Assembly (NCBI RefSeq): GCF_006345805.1
Contig: NC_042998.1
Location: 114,390,001 to 114,454,000 of the forward strand
Source: Octopus sinensis
Lineage: Eukaryota
DNA length: 64,000 nucleotides
Direction of reading: 5' to 3'
Of the stretch, positions 41,506-55,059 are shown in pieces (positions within the stretch are counted from its first letter, which is position 1; every line of letters starts with the position of its first letter). The notes beneath the pieces were generated by a model. That model did not search any database. It had not been told where the DNA came from and saw nothing but the letters and a program-made list of their open reading frames with translations. The position numbers were made by a program, and so were the translations under genes.

Positions 41506-42053
41506 GAGTGAGAGAGCAGTTCATGCCATCAAAGTGACACTGGGGTAAAATATACGAAGCCCAATATACCCATCATGACTACCCGTCTGATAAGGGTACA
41601 CCAGGCACATGCATCACAACCATATGTGCGCGACATGGTGATAAGATAAACAGCACATGACTTTGCAGGTGGGGCCCAGTTAGAATTTTCTTCAGGTTGA
41701 GTAGCCCATCCCTCTCAAACGGTCCCTGAATAAGGGTTGTTTAAGGATGTTGAAAGAACCACCCATGTTTCCAGAGGTGAATTATTCAACCCCCAAAGAA
41801 TCCCTCTCAACACATGGCTATGATTCTCCCCCATTACTTCTGCTCGTGATCAGAGATGCACATATCGTCAGCCACTAAGGGACTTGCTCAACTGGTTAAG
41901 GTCAAACAACTGACAAGCAAATCTGTGGTATTGAGCAGAATATTTGCTGTAGCCCATCTTTTATACCAAGACAAAACAATGTACATGATAACACTTCCAA
42001 TCAGTTAAGATCAGAAGCCATGAGAGCCTTTGCCTGGTACTGCATCAGGGCAT
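41506..42053 (-). mobile_element. About 0.55-kb non-coding interspersed element (copy 2), flanked by (AAT)n on both sides
   Basis: Homologous to 28225-28787; TTA tracts at 41299-41505 and 42054-42092. Confidence 0.88.
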
Positions 42054-42092
42054 TTATTATTATTATTATTATTATTATTTGTTATTATTATT

Positions 42093-43910
42093 CATATACA
42101 CACAACAAAGTAGACTGTTGGAAAAGAAAAATTACTGACATCGGGCCACAACAAGTAACCTTAGATGCCAGGAACCTTCCTGTGTATCTTAGCTGTCACT
42201 AATAAAACTATTTTCTCGAACTGTACTAAACTGCGTTTTATATCTATTTCCCCTATCCATCTGTTCAAATCTCTAGAGGCAGTTCCCAATGCACCTATAA
42301 CTACTGTGATACATTTTACCCGTACTTTCCATAGTCTATGTAATTCAATGGCAAGGTCCTGGTATTTTGCTATTTTTTCTATACCTCTCATATTGATTTA
42401 TTCATCATATGGGGCCGTAAAGCAATGATCTGGCACTTTCAATCCCCTTTGTCTACTACTACTAAATCAGGCCTTCTAGCTTCAATTAATCTGTCAGTCT
42501 GAATGTTAAAGTCCCACAAATCTTATATCTATTGCTTTGCAATACTTTACTAAGTTCATGTTCATACCATCCATCAGCTTTCTCTATAACTCCCTGAAGC
42601 TTACTCTCCCTAGGTTGTCATGGCTTTTCTTGTATTCTTTCTTCGTCAGCATGCTACATTCTCTTACTAAATGAGTAAAATTTCCTCCTTTGATTTGCAT
42701 AACCTACATTGGGAGTCTACTTGTGTGCGTGCGTGTGCGCACACGCATGTTAATTCTTCAGAGTTTTTATCCAATTAGTCCTTAATGCTTGATCTTATGC
42801 TGCTACTAACCTACTTTCTGTCTCTCTTTTCGGCTATCCTTTTATGCAACCATAACCAAGTCTCACTACTACTATTTGCTGCAACTATCTTTGGTAACCT
42901 ACCATGAAACGCCTTCTCCTGACAGTCAGATAACTTTTGTTCTTTTTCCTGGTTTTTAGCTTCGTCTGTTTTTTTTAGTTTTCCCTATGTCTTGCTGTGA
43001 CTCTTGTAGCTCTTAATAAACCTTCTTCACTATTACCTACATAGGAATCTATATGTACTCTAGCTAACTCCACGCAGTCTTCTACTGATATTAGCCCACT
43101 TTCCCCTTGCTTTCTAGGTAATAATAATCTCGCTACTTCTACCCTTGGGTGGAGACCCCATTCATATTGAATCCCTTCCTAGTTCTGCCTAGCTTTGCTA
43201 ATTCAGTTTTTGTCCTATCTAGAAATGCTCTGAGTATCTTAGTAAAGATACTGCCCAACTATTTACAGTTTTCACTAGATTTGGACCATTTAGCTTTGAT
43301 TTCATTAGCTTCTTTACTCTTCCGATGTACATTTTCCAAATTTTCGTTTTCATTCTACAATTAGTACTCTTTCAGATTCTAATACACCTTGATACGTATA
43401 ATTCTCTCCTTCTTTTAAGGATTTTAATGTCTGACCATCTGGTAATTAGATGACTTCACTGTTGACTACCTGTCCCCTTTTCATGACTAATATTGCACAC
43501 TTGTCTATGCCAAATTCCATGCCTATATCTTCGTTGAAATGTCTTACAGCCTGTATGAAGCAATCTATCTCTTTTTCGTTCTTACTAAAAGGCTTCGGAT
43601 CATCCATATAGAGCAAATGGTTAATTCTTCTCTCACTATTTCTGAAATTATGCCCTGCCTTTGTCTACCTTGATACTAAACTGCGGAGGATCAAACATAA
43701 GACAAATATTAAAGGGGATAACGTGTCTCCTTGGAAAACTCCTCTCTTCCACTTCCCCGTGCTAAAGCTAATTAATTCTATTATATTGTCTGCTATACTG
43801 AATATTCTCAAACATTCACTTATCCATGAGCATTGGATGATGTCATAGACTCATAGGCTTTTTTGTAGTCTACCCTTGCTATTGTTAGATTTTTCTTTCT
43901 AGCTTATTAT
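42093..43910 (-). mobile_element. 5'-truncated, decayed R4/Dong element (same family as 26150-27010)
   Basis: FQGDTLSPLIFVLCLI, INHLLYMDD, EKIAKYQDLAIELHRLWKVRVKCITVVIGALG...RKVPGI*, shared 3' UTR catctaaggttacttg...ttcttttccaaca...gtgtatatgaa. Confidence 0.88.
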
Positions 43911-44506
43911 CATTAATATTATAATTATAATTTTTATTAGATGCAGTAGTAGTAGTAGTAGTAGTAGTAGCATCAGCAAGAAGAGATGGAGGTGGGATAG
44001 CAGAATAGCACCAGGATGCAGAGTTTATATTAAATGCCACACCTGTTGATACTATTTAAGACAAAACTCTGAAGAATTAGTATGCGCGAGCGCACACGCA
44101 CGCACACATACACATCCACTTACTCAGACGTACACACCGTTTCATTGTTGAAAGCTGGGATGGTGACTTCCTCAATATAAACGACACACAAATTGATCAT
44201 ACTACCTTTGTTATTAATTAGCTTTTCAAAGATTTTCTATGTACCTTATCACATTTTCTATATTTTTTATATGGACTTAATATGTATTTCGATTAGTGCG
44301 ACTGTGTTTCTTTAAATGTAATAGGTGAATTGCTTTTTGTGTTTGTGGTGAGGAGCATCTATTAGTGTAATGGTAGACTTTGACAAGTCAAGTAAACAAT
44401 AATATACTGTATACCACACATGTCGATCTGAGAACAAAACGCTGAGGAACTCAACTTACACGTTCACGCATGCACAGACTATAAATTGCATACATACATA
44501 CCCACC

Positions 44507-44537
<31 letters not shown>

Positions 44538-46529
44538 GTATTCGCATGCACAACTATGAATCTGCATACATACATACATACATATATATATTTTGTGTTT
44601 ATAAATACTTGTATAACTCATTATAATAGCTTATAATAGCATATTCTTTCAAAATGTGTGTGTATGTCTATACATACATACATACATACATACATACATA
44701 CATACATACATACATACATACATACATACATACGTACATCAATATATCTTTGTATATGGGAAACATATTTTCGTTTAGATATACTGTATTTGAAAACATG
44801 ACTGCGTTCTAATTTAATCTTACTTTTCATGAGAATCTGTTTCGAATCTTCCTATAAGACTCTTGGAGCATGTTTGGAATAATAAAGTTCTTAAGGTGAA
44901 TTAAAAAACAATTTTAAAAAATTTGCAAATTATAATTAAAATAAATTTTAAATAATTTCATCGATATTTTCAAACAACATACATACATTGACATATACTT
45001 ACATACATACACACATACATATATACATATAAACTTACGTATGCATGCGTGTGTATATGCTCACATACACACACACATACGCATATATATATAATTTATA
45101 TATGTATGAATATACACACACACATACTCAAGGATGTCTATCTATTTAGGAAGTCAGCATTGTTTGTATCTATGTTTATATCCCTGAGTGTATGTGTGTG
45201 AGTGTGTATTTGTGCATATATAAACGTGTGCATTTAAACGTACGTCTGTGTTTATAAATACTTGTATAAGTCATTGTAATAGCATATCCTTTCCAGATCT
45301 ATATACACATATACGCTTTTCTTTAATTAGTCTAAATATTCTGTTACAGAAACGTATATCTTATTTTCTCTCCTCCCCTCTCTCTCCCTATCTTTCTTTC
45401 CCCATGTCTGTCTATCTGTCTCTCCCTGTCTCTCTGTCTGTCTCTCTCTCACTCTTTCATATAAAACTGTGTATATATGTGTTTGTACCCTCTGCATATA
45501 CACACAAACAAATACACTCACACACATGCATATATACATATATATAGATACACACACATATATGCTTCTGTATATACATACACACACACGCACATATATG
45601 CCTCTGTACATACAAACACACACACACAAACTCGCGCATGCCTCATGGAGATCTCTAAATGAATATATATATATATTCATATCTTATGAAGCCATCTAAT
45701 ATATTTGACGAAGCATAGATCTACCTTAATATAACTGAATGCAATTTTGACAGTTTCCATTATCGAGGCAGATATTTTCTTCAGGTATTTCAATTTGTAA
45801 CTGATATATCAAATGCGGGTGGTCGAGGAGCAAATGTAGGATTGATTAGGTCGTAAAGCCCCTATTTCCTATTTTAGTAGACAACATTTGTGTGTTTCAA
45901 CTGCCTTGAAGGTCGTTTTAGTCATCGTACTTCTATATTAATATTAATTCTAATATATATTAGAATAAAGCTGAGGGAAATACCCTAAGCGAGCGTTCTG
46001 GATACTAAATACAAATACGTTAGCGTTCTCATTATATAAATATAGTACGTGAAGAAAATTCCTTCAATGTTGGTTTTAGATTTTATATTCACCTAAATAC
46101 GGATTTCCAGTAATATTTACATGGATAAGTTTTCACCTTTCCATCTTACCGCATATCGAAGAACTTGTCTTGGTATTCATAGAGAACGACATCTAACTTT
46201 TTCTGTATTATATATATGAGACCCTTCTGTATTACTCCTCTCGTGATCCGCGGTGGTAGGATTCGCAGAACTGTATGAGTGTCAATCGGAATGCCTTGTA
46301 ATATTTACTTATAAAGTAGGTTCTGCGTTCAAATTCCACCACTATCAACTTTGCCAGTCTTCTTCATAAAATAATAATTAGAGGGTTAATATTCTTCTGA
46401 TGACAACTATATGTCAACGGAATTATTATAGCAAATTAAACTAACCTCACATATCTAACACAGTGAACGTTACAAAGCGAGTGAGAAATATTCATACGTT
46501 TAAGAAATATCAATATTACCAAGAGACCA

Positions 46530-47260
46530 GAAGGCAACGAGCTGGCAGAATCGCTAGCGCGCCTGGCAAAAATGTTAAGCGACGTTTTGTCCGCCTTCAT
46601 GTTCTAAGTCCAAGTTTTGCTGACCTCGACTTTACCGTTTATCCTTTTGGGGCCGATGAAATAAGTACCAGTTGTGCACTGCAGTCGATGTAATTAACTT
46701 TTCCCCACTCCGTAATTGCTGGCCTTGTGTCAAAAATTGAAACCAATATTACTAGTTGATTAATATTATCCGTATTTTTCAACATATCTTCCTGATTATG
46801 ATCCAGTTAGGTAAACGTATTCAATATGTGATGAATTCATAGTGCGTGAGCTGGCAGAAATGTTAGCTCGCTGGGTGAAATGCTTAGCAGTATTTCTTTT
46901 GTCTTTATGTTCTGAGTTAAAATTCCGCTGAGGTCGACTTTGCCTTTCATCATTTCAGCGTTGAAAAATTAAGTACCAGTTGCGTACTGGGGTCGATCTA
47001 ATCGACTAGCCCCCTCCCCCCAAAATTCGTGCCTTATGCCTAGAGTAGAAAAGACTGTGTGGTGAATTCACGGCGGGCAAGATGGTTAGCGGCATTTCGC
47101 TCATTTTTATGTTTAGAGTTCAAATGCCGCCGAGGCTAACTGCCGTTCATCCCTTTTGCGGTTGATAAAATAACTACCTGCTGAACACTAGATTTGATGA
47201 AATCGACTTAACCCTCTCCTCTGAAATTGGTAGCCTTGTGCCGAAATTTATAACCAATAT
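46530..47260 (+). mobile_element. Three same-orientation family A SINE copies
   Basis: Heads gagctggcagaa.., gttctgagtt.aaattccgc.gaggtcgac, tails gccttgtgcc/gccttatgcctagagtagaaaag. Confidence 0.85.
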
Positions 47261-47483
47261 TTGCTTAATTTATGATTAAACGACTAAGAAAATGAATGCA
47301 GTAATACATTATTTTTAGGAAGGAAACTAGAATTATTTAGGTGCTCATGGATAAACGATATCAAAGTAAAAACAGCTCCCATCACGGCATGTAATCAACA
47401 ATAATAATCAAACAACAAAGAAGGAAACGTGAAGGTCACCAACCCCAGCCACTGCCGAAATCAGCAATAAATAGACTGATTAC

Positions 47484-47558
47484 CATTGCAAGGTGCAACA
47501 AATACTTTTGGAAATGTTCAGATCTGCGGAGCACGTCGAAGATCAGTCTTCTCATGTG
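47484..47558 (-). CDS. Candidate internal exon (75 nt, phase 0-0), unidentified product
   Basis: aatttag|HMRRLIFDVLRRSEHFQKYLLHLAM|gtaatc; phase-compatible with 51380-51580. Confidence 0.25.
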
Positions 47559-48859
47559 CTAAATTATATAAATTACAAAACATATATTTTAATGTGATAT
47601 AGATAAGTAATTTCTTCACTATCTTTTTCGTTTTAATGCCAACTCCTCGCACCACGTTCATGAAAAATATGAAATATATATCTCCACTGTGAAGTCGCTA
47701 TAAAATCTGACAATTCATGTATACACTGTTTTAGTATTAATCGTTAGCAAGGCCACAGTGTTTCATTTTCAAACTATAATATACTACAAAGTATATTAAA
47801 AGTTTACATGTTAATATTGTGCCTTCTTTTTGTGTTAACATTGGATTGTTTTCATTTTTTAAAGTTTATTTCTACAAATTTTCTATAGACTTCAGAGTAA
47901 GCATTGAATGTTACAACGTTTCGTATACGAATACGTCTATGTAATAATTGTTATCAAGTAGGTAATTGGTGTATATACATATTTCAAAAATTATTGACCT
48001 TTCATCATAACCACATCCAACCCACGAACGCATTACTTTAATACCCACCAAGTTTAGCGGTGTAACATTATTGAATAAACTGATTACATATTAAAATCAT
48101 TCCTGGCAACTGGTACGTAAATATTAAATACTAACAAGGACACTGTATTTCGTTTTGCAGTCATAATATTCTACCAAGTATATTAAAAGTTGACGAGTCA
48201 ATATTGAGCCTTACTTTTGTGTTAGCATTGTGTTGTTTTGATATTTTTTAACTATTTTACTAAGGTATTGAGCATCACATTTTTGTAAAAATTGGAATCC
48301 CTGCTAACTTTCCAAGGTTGAGACCGTACTTACAAATTAAATTAATTCAATACGAATCTATTTTAGTAAATTCATAAAAAAAAATTAACTAGCTTCGATT
48401 TTATGCTAAAACATGATATGTCTTAAGTAAAGCCATTTCTGATACTTAAGGTATCTGGCACATCACATCTGAAACCATTGATATACCACATATATTTAAG
48501 AATTTATTTCAAATTGTACTTGTTGCAATGAATATCTTTACAAATAGAGGAAAATATTAAAAAAAATATGTGGTTGTAATGTTATAGTGACAGTAGCTCT
48601 GCCAGTAGCAGTAATCAGCATTATGTCACTCCCTTCCTCCCCTTCTCCCCTTACCGTTATCATGCTACTACTATGACAACCTACAGCCTTTTATTCTCAG
48701 TCACTTCTTATTGTCTAAACGATTGCTTAAGTTAAAGTTAGAGTGATATTACTATTGTAATATAAACTAATAATCTCTTTTAAAATCAGAAATAAATACA
48801 AAAATTAATTCATCACAAAGCAACTATATATAAAATTACAAATATTGATTAGAGAAAAT

Positions 48860-49082
48860 TTTGTCACAAGGCCAGCAATTTTAGAGTTGGTGTAAGTCGA
48901 TTACATTGACTTACAGGTATCCATTGACTTACAGTACTCAACAGGTATCCATTTTCTAGACCCTGAAAAGCAAAGCCGACCTCAGCGGTATTTGCACTCA
49001 GAACGTAAAGACGGACAAAATGCTTATCGACAGTTAGTCTGTCTTTTCGGCGTTCGGACTATTCTACCAGCTCATCACTTTA
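48860..49082 (-). mobile_element. Family A SINE
   Basis: tgtcacaaggccagcaatttt...gtcgattacattgac...cagaacgtaaagacggac...ctaccagctcatc. Confidence 0.75.
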
Positions 49083-50034
49083 ACAACAAATTATATATAT
49101 GAGCAAATTAAGTATGAAATAAACAAGTTTATAATTATTGTTGATCGTTTAAAATGTTTAAATGGATTAGTGAAAGACGGAACAGCAATGTCAATGACCC
49201 TCTTCGATAGAGACTTTTTCAGAAGGGAAGTAGATGTTACCCTTAGATTTAAGAAGTGGATTGAATGCTTACAATGCTTTGTATTCCACTGAACACTAGG
49301 AAGAGCAATTAGTAAATGTAAACCATGTAGCAGATTGACTTTAGAACCAATGAGCAAGGAATTTTGCCATGGTGGACTGCGACACAGTTTCCGGCGATTG
49401 AATTCAACCTACAAGTCTTTGGTCGAAGCCAAGATTGTTTTGAAATTGTCCAAAGCGCTACACAGTGGGAATATAACCGGAAATGACGTAACTGCGAAGC
49501 AAAAGTTTTAACTCAATCAATATGGATTTCAATTACAAAAGAATAACTACACATTTGAAACAAGGAACAGTCGATTAAATGGCTTCAGTATTTGACAGAA
49601 AAGTATTTTGTGAACTCAGAAAGGGTGAAATGTAAAGATGAACTTTATTTAAACTCAGCACGTAAAGTGACACATCGCATTATCGCAAGACGTATTACCT
49701 GGATGTCTACTGATTTTGCCAGTCGTTTGCCCACGTTTGTAACATCTCATTATGCATAATCCACATCTTTACGTTTTATATATGCTTTCTTTCATTGTTT
49801 TAGTTATTGAACTACGAAAATACTGGGAGATCAACAGAAATAGTTTTGTTTCTGTACACCGACGTCAAGATGAGCTTCGTATCTTTGTCAGAAACCAGTT
49901 CCTTCCATAGAGGAAGAATTTGAATAATTAAAAACAAGGAAGAACATACATACATGCATACACACGTATATATGTACATGTATACACAAACACAAACCCA
50001 CACATACATTATGCAGACAAGTAGGTCATATTCT

Positions 50035-50672
50035 TTTTTCTCTAGGCACAAGGCCTGAAATTTTGAGAGAGGCAGAAAGTCGATTAGATCGACCCCATTA
50101 CGCAACTGGTGCTTAATTTATCAACACCGAAAAGATGAAAGGTAAAGTCGACCTCAGCGGAATTTGAGCTCAGAACGTAAAGACAGAAGAAATACCTATT
50201 TCTTTACTACCCTCAAGGGGCTAAACATAGAGAGGACAAACAAGTACAGACAAACGGATTAAGTCGATTACATCGACTCCAGTGCGTCATTGGTACTAAA
50301 TTTATCGACCCTGAAAGGATGAAAGGTAAAGTCGACCTCGACGGAATTTGAACTCAGAACGTAGCGCCGGACGAAATACTACAAAGCATTTCGCCCGGCG
50401 TGCTAACGTTTCTGCCAGCTCGCCGCCTTTCTAAATACCTATTTCTTTACTACCCACAAGGGGCTAAACACAGAAGGGACAAACAAGGACAGACAAACGG
50501 ATTAAGTCGATTACATCGACCCAGTGCGTAATTGGTACTTAATTTATCGACCCCTAAAGGACGAAAGGCAAAATCGACCTCGGCGGAATTTGAACTCAAA
50601 ACGTAACGGCAGGCGAAATACGGCTACGCATTCCGAATGGCGTGCTAACGTTTCTGCCAGCTCGCCACCTTA
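50035..50672 (-). mobile_element. Train of three well-preserved SINE units (full, full, 5'-truncated)
   Basis: Heads at about 50430 and 50670 (revcomp ggcggcgagctggcagaaacgttagcacgcc; B-box gagttcaaattcc); junctions at aaatacctatttctttactac. Confidence 0.92.
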
Positions 50673-50744
50673 CAAGTAGGTCATATTTCAAACGCAGTAT
50701 AGACGTAAAAACAGCAGAAAGATTGGATATCATTTCCTTTATAA

Positions 50745-50975
50745 ACACTTTGTTTCTGTGCGTGTATTTGTGTCTGTGTTTGTCTCCCGCCATCTCTTAA
50801 GAACTGGTGTGGGTGTGTTTACGTCCCCATAACTTAGCGGCTCGGCAAAAGAAAAATGTTAGAATTAGTACCAGGCGATAGAATTAGTCCTGGGTTCAAT
50901 TTGTTCAACTAAAATCCCTACATTGCGGCGCCCCAGCATAGCCGCAGTCAAATGACTGAAACAGATAAATGATAA
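50745..50975 (+). mobile_element. 3' part of another SINE family (D)
   Basis: Tail gcggcgccccagcatagccgcagtcaaatgactgaaac resembles the tail of the 62085-62310 SINE. Confidence 0.6.
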
Positions 50976-50993
50976 AAGCTATACATACATACA

Positions 50994-51024
<31 letters not shown>

Positions 51025-51051
51025 GCAGATACACACACACACACACACACG

Positions 51052-51084
<33 letters not shown>

Positions 51085-51379
51085 GATTATGTGTGGGCTG
51101 GTTGGCTGTACTGGCATGCAGCAAACATCGCCGGTCAAGTCTAATATGGCCTAAACATACCTGGGGTTGTCATCACGCAGTCAAAATCAGATCCACTCAT
51201 CGCTGCATTGACTACGTAGCTTTTTGAATGTATTTAAATTAATTAAAACAGTGTGTTTGTCTCTCAACTTTCGTGACCAGAGTTAATCACTAAGCGTGTG
51301 TTTCCTTCTCGCACCGCTTGGAATTTAACTCATTACCTGGAATGTGTTAGCATCGACCTTATCATGAAGACTTAATTAC

Positions 51380-51580
51380 TTGATAATTAATCTGCTGGAA
51401 GCCAGTCTGGAGGAATTTACTCTTAATTTTGAAAATATTCTCGTATTTCAGTGCAGTTGTGCTGGCTAACAGAGGTATTACATCTCGTCGAAAGAGAGAG
51501 TTCTTTTTCAGTATCTCATACCTTTCCTTTGAGAATAAGTTATATTGTTCCAAAATAGATGACTTTAACTGCAGCGGTCC
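51380..51580 (-). CDS. Best candidate internal exon (201 nt, phase 0-0), unidentified product
   Basis: ataatttcag|GPLQLKSSILEQYNLFSKERYEILKKNSLFRRDVIPLLASTTALKYENIFKIKSKFLQTGFQQINYQ|gtaatt; 67 open codons in AT-rich unique DNA with in-frame stops just outside both splice sites. Confidence 0.4.
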
Positions 51581-52089
51581 CTGAAATTATACGTAGATAT
51601 CGATAATGAATAGGTTATTGTGAACATAAATAATTTAAAGATTGTTTTTGCAATTGTTGTTGCTTAACATGCAGTCAACCCTGATTTATGGTCAAAAGCG
51701 TTGAAGTTCTGATCATAGAATTTTTGATTGCCTCTTAACTACATTGTCCGGGTTTCATAAGACAACTTCATTTCTTAAAATGGTTGGCTATTTAACGAGA
51801 GCAATTTGATAAATAACTAAATATAACTTTATACGATTGATCTTTCTACTAGAAAAAGCAGAAGGATCAACCATATAGTTATCTTTAGTTATTTGTAACA
51901 ATGTTATCGCGTAACTTGGGGAAAGTGTGAATCAGTAGAATTCTTTATTTTGGTTCTTCGAAGTGTAATGGTTATATGAGAGTTTCTCATTTCTTTAGAT
52001 AGTTATTTTTTTTATTGATTTTTGTGCGGCTGAAGTAAGATAGTGGGGATGGGGTAGATACGTCAGTGTTCCTTAGTATATTTCGCTAC

Positions 52090-52650
52090 TCTATAGTCAC
52101 AAGTGTTTGGGCTGGTCTCTGTAGCGCCTTCAGATGAAAGCAACTTTTGATCGTCTCGCTCTCGTTCGCAATTGTTTGAATGTCAGCCATGGTGCATTTG
52201 AGCTAGGTGGAAGGTCTTCAGCAACGTGGATTGCCATATCAGTTGGAGGAGGAACATTCTAAAGCTTTTCTATAAAGAGTTGGAATCTGGTCTGTTCCGA
52301 CCTGTTGTTAGGAACTGGGTGTTTGATGCCAGCTGGGGCAGTGAGGAGACACAGGTCGTTTGTGTTGGTGGATTTCAGGTGGCAGATGTTTTTCAACGTT
52401 GGGTCAAGTTTATTGAAATATGATGTCCCATTGTCAGAACATGCAACTCCTCAGTTGAATAGCACAAGACCAGAGCAGTAAACCTTTATGTGTGTGATGA
52501 GTTTCCCCATTTGGAGTTGACCAGCTCCTGTAGGATGTTGTTTCGAGAACCAAATTTTTGATGTAATTGTTACAGGAATGAGTGCGGTTTAGGGTTACTA
52601 TAAGCTAGACAGGTTGGGTACCGGTCTCTAGGAGTGCTTAAGACCGCCTA
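52090..52650 (-). mobile_element. Decayed 3' fragment of an Ingi/Vingi-like LINE
   Basis: QKFGSRNNILQELVNSKWG...FTALVLCYST.E (cf. RNNI.RKL...WG...RT.ALALCYS.AEY) and PWLTFKQLRT..RRSK. Confidence 0.6.
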
Positions 52651-53152
52651 ATGTTAAACAGTCGGTTGGCTTTAAGATTCCTGAGATGGAAGAAGCGGAC
52701 TTGAGTCATAGAATGATTGGCATTGATGGAAAGTTAAAAAACAAATTAACTGTGTTTTGATTCACACACGTCTCTTTGTGTTCCGTATTTAAATACCATT
52801 GTAATTAGTAAAATAAATATAAGTCATATACTGAAAATGATTAAATCGGTTTTAGCCGTCGATCAAACATTTGTGGCCCTGCTTTAAAGTTACAAACAAT
52901 ATCAAATATTATAATATAAGACTGCATAGAAGATAAATATTCTTAATGAATCACAAAATCTCTTTATATTTAGTTCGCTAATTTACTTTTCTATAGTGAC
53001 ACAAGACGTGCCAGCCCTCAGTAATAACGAGCCGTGCTTAAACATAAATATTTTCTTTTAAATCCGTTCACGGCACAATACATGAAATCACAACGTTCTC
53101 ACGAAATCAAAATCACAATCTTCAAATAAAGATAATAATAACAATAATAATA

Positions 53153-53218
<66 letters not shown>

Positions 53219-53648
53219 TTATTATTATTATTATTATTGAAAATATGAGCAGATACATTAATAATTTGATTGAAATAAAGCTTAACTGATTCACCATTTT
53301 CTTTCTGCAGCACCACCTGCTCTTAAGATTACAATCAAAAACCTGTCTAATTGTATTTGCTAAACTCTCTTTTCTGTTAGTTCTATCTTTCTTCCATCGT
53401 TGCCACATCCATTCTATCTTTACGAAACTACAAATTTGATTTCTTTTCATTTAATATAAAGAAACAATGTAAAAATTGAAATAAACATTTGTCGAACTTC
53501 ATTATTAAACAACTAGCAAAATATTACCAGCAAAAACAACAAATACGAAAAATAAAAAAAAAACCAGCAATAAACAATATACAAATAATTGTAAATAATA
53601 ATGATAATAATGATAATTAACAACAACAGCAACAACAATAATAATAGC

Positions 53649-53696
<48 letters not shown>

Positions 53697-53697
53697 C

Positions 53698-53737
<40 letters not shown>

Positions 53738-54027
53738 TGATGATAATAATAATAATAATAATAATAATAATAGTAATAAATTTCCAGACGCAGAAAATTA
53801 TGTTTTCAATTAATTGTAATTTAATAGAAACGAAAGACAAATGAAAACGTGGCGAGAACACAATCAATCAAATTGCAAGTTAAATAATTTTTAGCGTTTC
53901 TCTTAAAGATGGATTTGAAATTAAAAAAATGAAACACCTACACTGACTATTATACGACTGTATCAGTGTTTATGTATGCATATGAGAATCTTATATGCTT
54001 GTGTATGCTTGTATATATATATGTACG

Positions 54028-54147
<120 letters not shown>

Positions 54148-54348
54148 ATGTATGTATGTATATGTATGTATATATACATGTATATGTGTGTATACATGTA
54201 GAAATGTTAGTGTAACTATATATATACTCAGAGAGAGAGATAGTGAGAGAGAGGCGGGGATTAAAGATAGGTAGAGAGAAGGAGACAGAATGTGTGTGAT
54301 AGAAAGCAGGAAATTATAAGGTAAGATAGAGAGTGTGTACGTAGAAGA

Positions 54349-54411
<63 letters not shown>

Positions 54412-54994
54412 GCGGGGAAAGATGTGGACAGGAGCCGAAGGAGACATCTCAGCCACACAAACCTGGTCGTTATGTATAATACATAATTTACAGCATGATT
54501 ATCGTGTTATTGGACAAATTTCTTATAATTAATTTCAGTATGCTTCTTTATTTCCATCCTTCTCTTTTTTTCTTCCAGTCTTTAATTCTTTTCCCTCCAA
54601 GTCTTCTACCTTCCCTGACATTCAAAACAATAATAATAATGATAATTTTTATTTTTGAAAGTCATACTTTATTACGAGGTCTTTAGATACAAAATAACCA
54701 CATCCAAATCTGAATCGTTATGGAAGTCCATTCTCGGTGTTTTTATATGTAAATATCATTAATATAAAATAACCTTGCAGATTTCCAGCTTTAGATATTT
54801 GCATAGATATTTACAAGAAAACTAATCTCTGTGTACATGCAAAATGATTCTCAACAAGCACACTCCCATAAACACACACGCAAGTATACATACACACGCA
54901 TGCACTCACAACCACACCTACAGCCACACAGACAAACAAATACGTAGCGACACATATAGCTATATATATACACCTATGTATGTATGTATGTATG

Positions 54995-55028
<34 letters not shown>

Positions 55029-55059
55029 TGTATGTATGTATGTATGCATGTTTATGTCA

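Noticed and set aside
41760-41875. CTGACGA...GAAAC in the sense strand of the 0.55-kb element
   Set aside because: No valid helix III or cleavage triplet, and the motif is not conserved in the other copy.
49460-49510. CACAGTG heptamer (RSS/Transib-like)
   Set aside because: No nonamer at 12 or 23 spacing and no partner inverted end.
49150-49510. Plus-strand frame of about 120 codons broken by one TGA (selenoprotein or readthrough idea)
   Set aside because: No recognisable family or SECIS evidence; locally higher GC explains the few stops.
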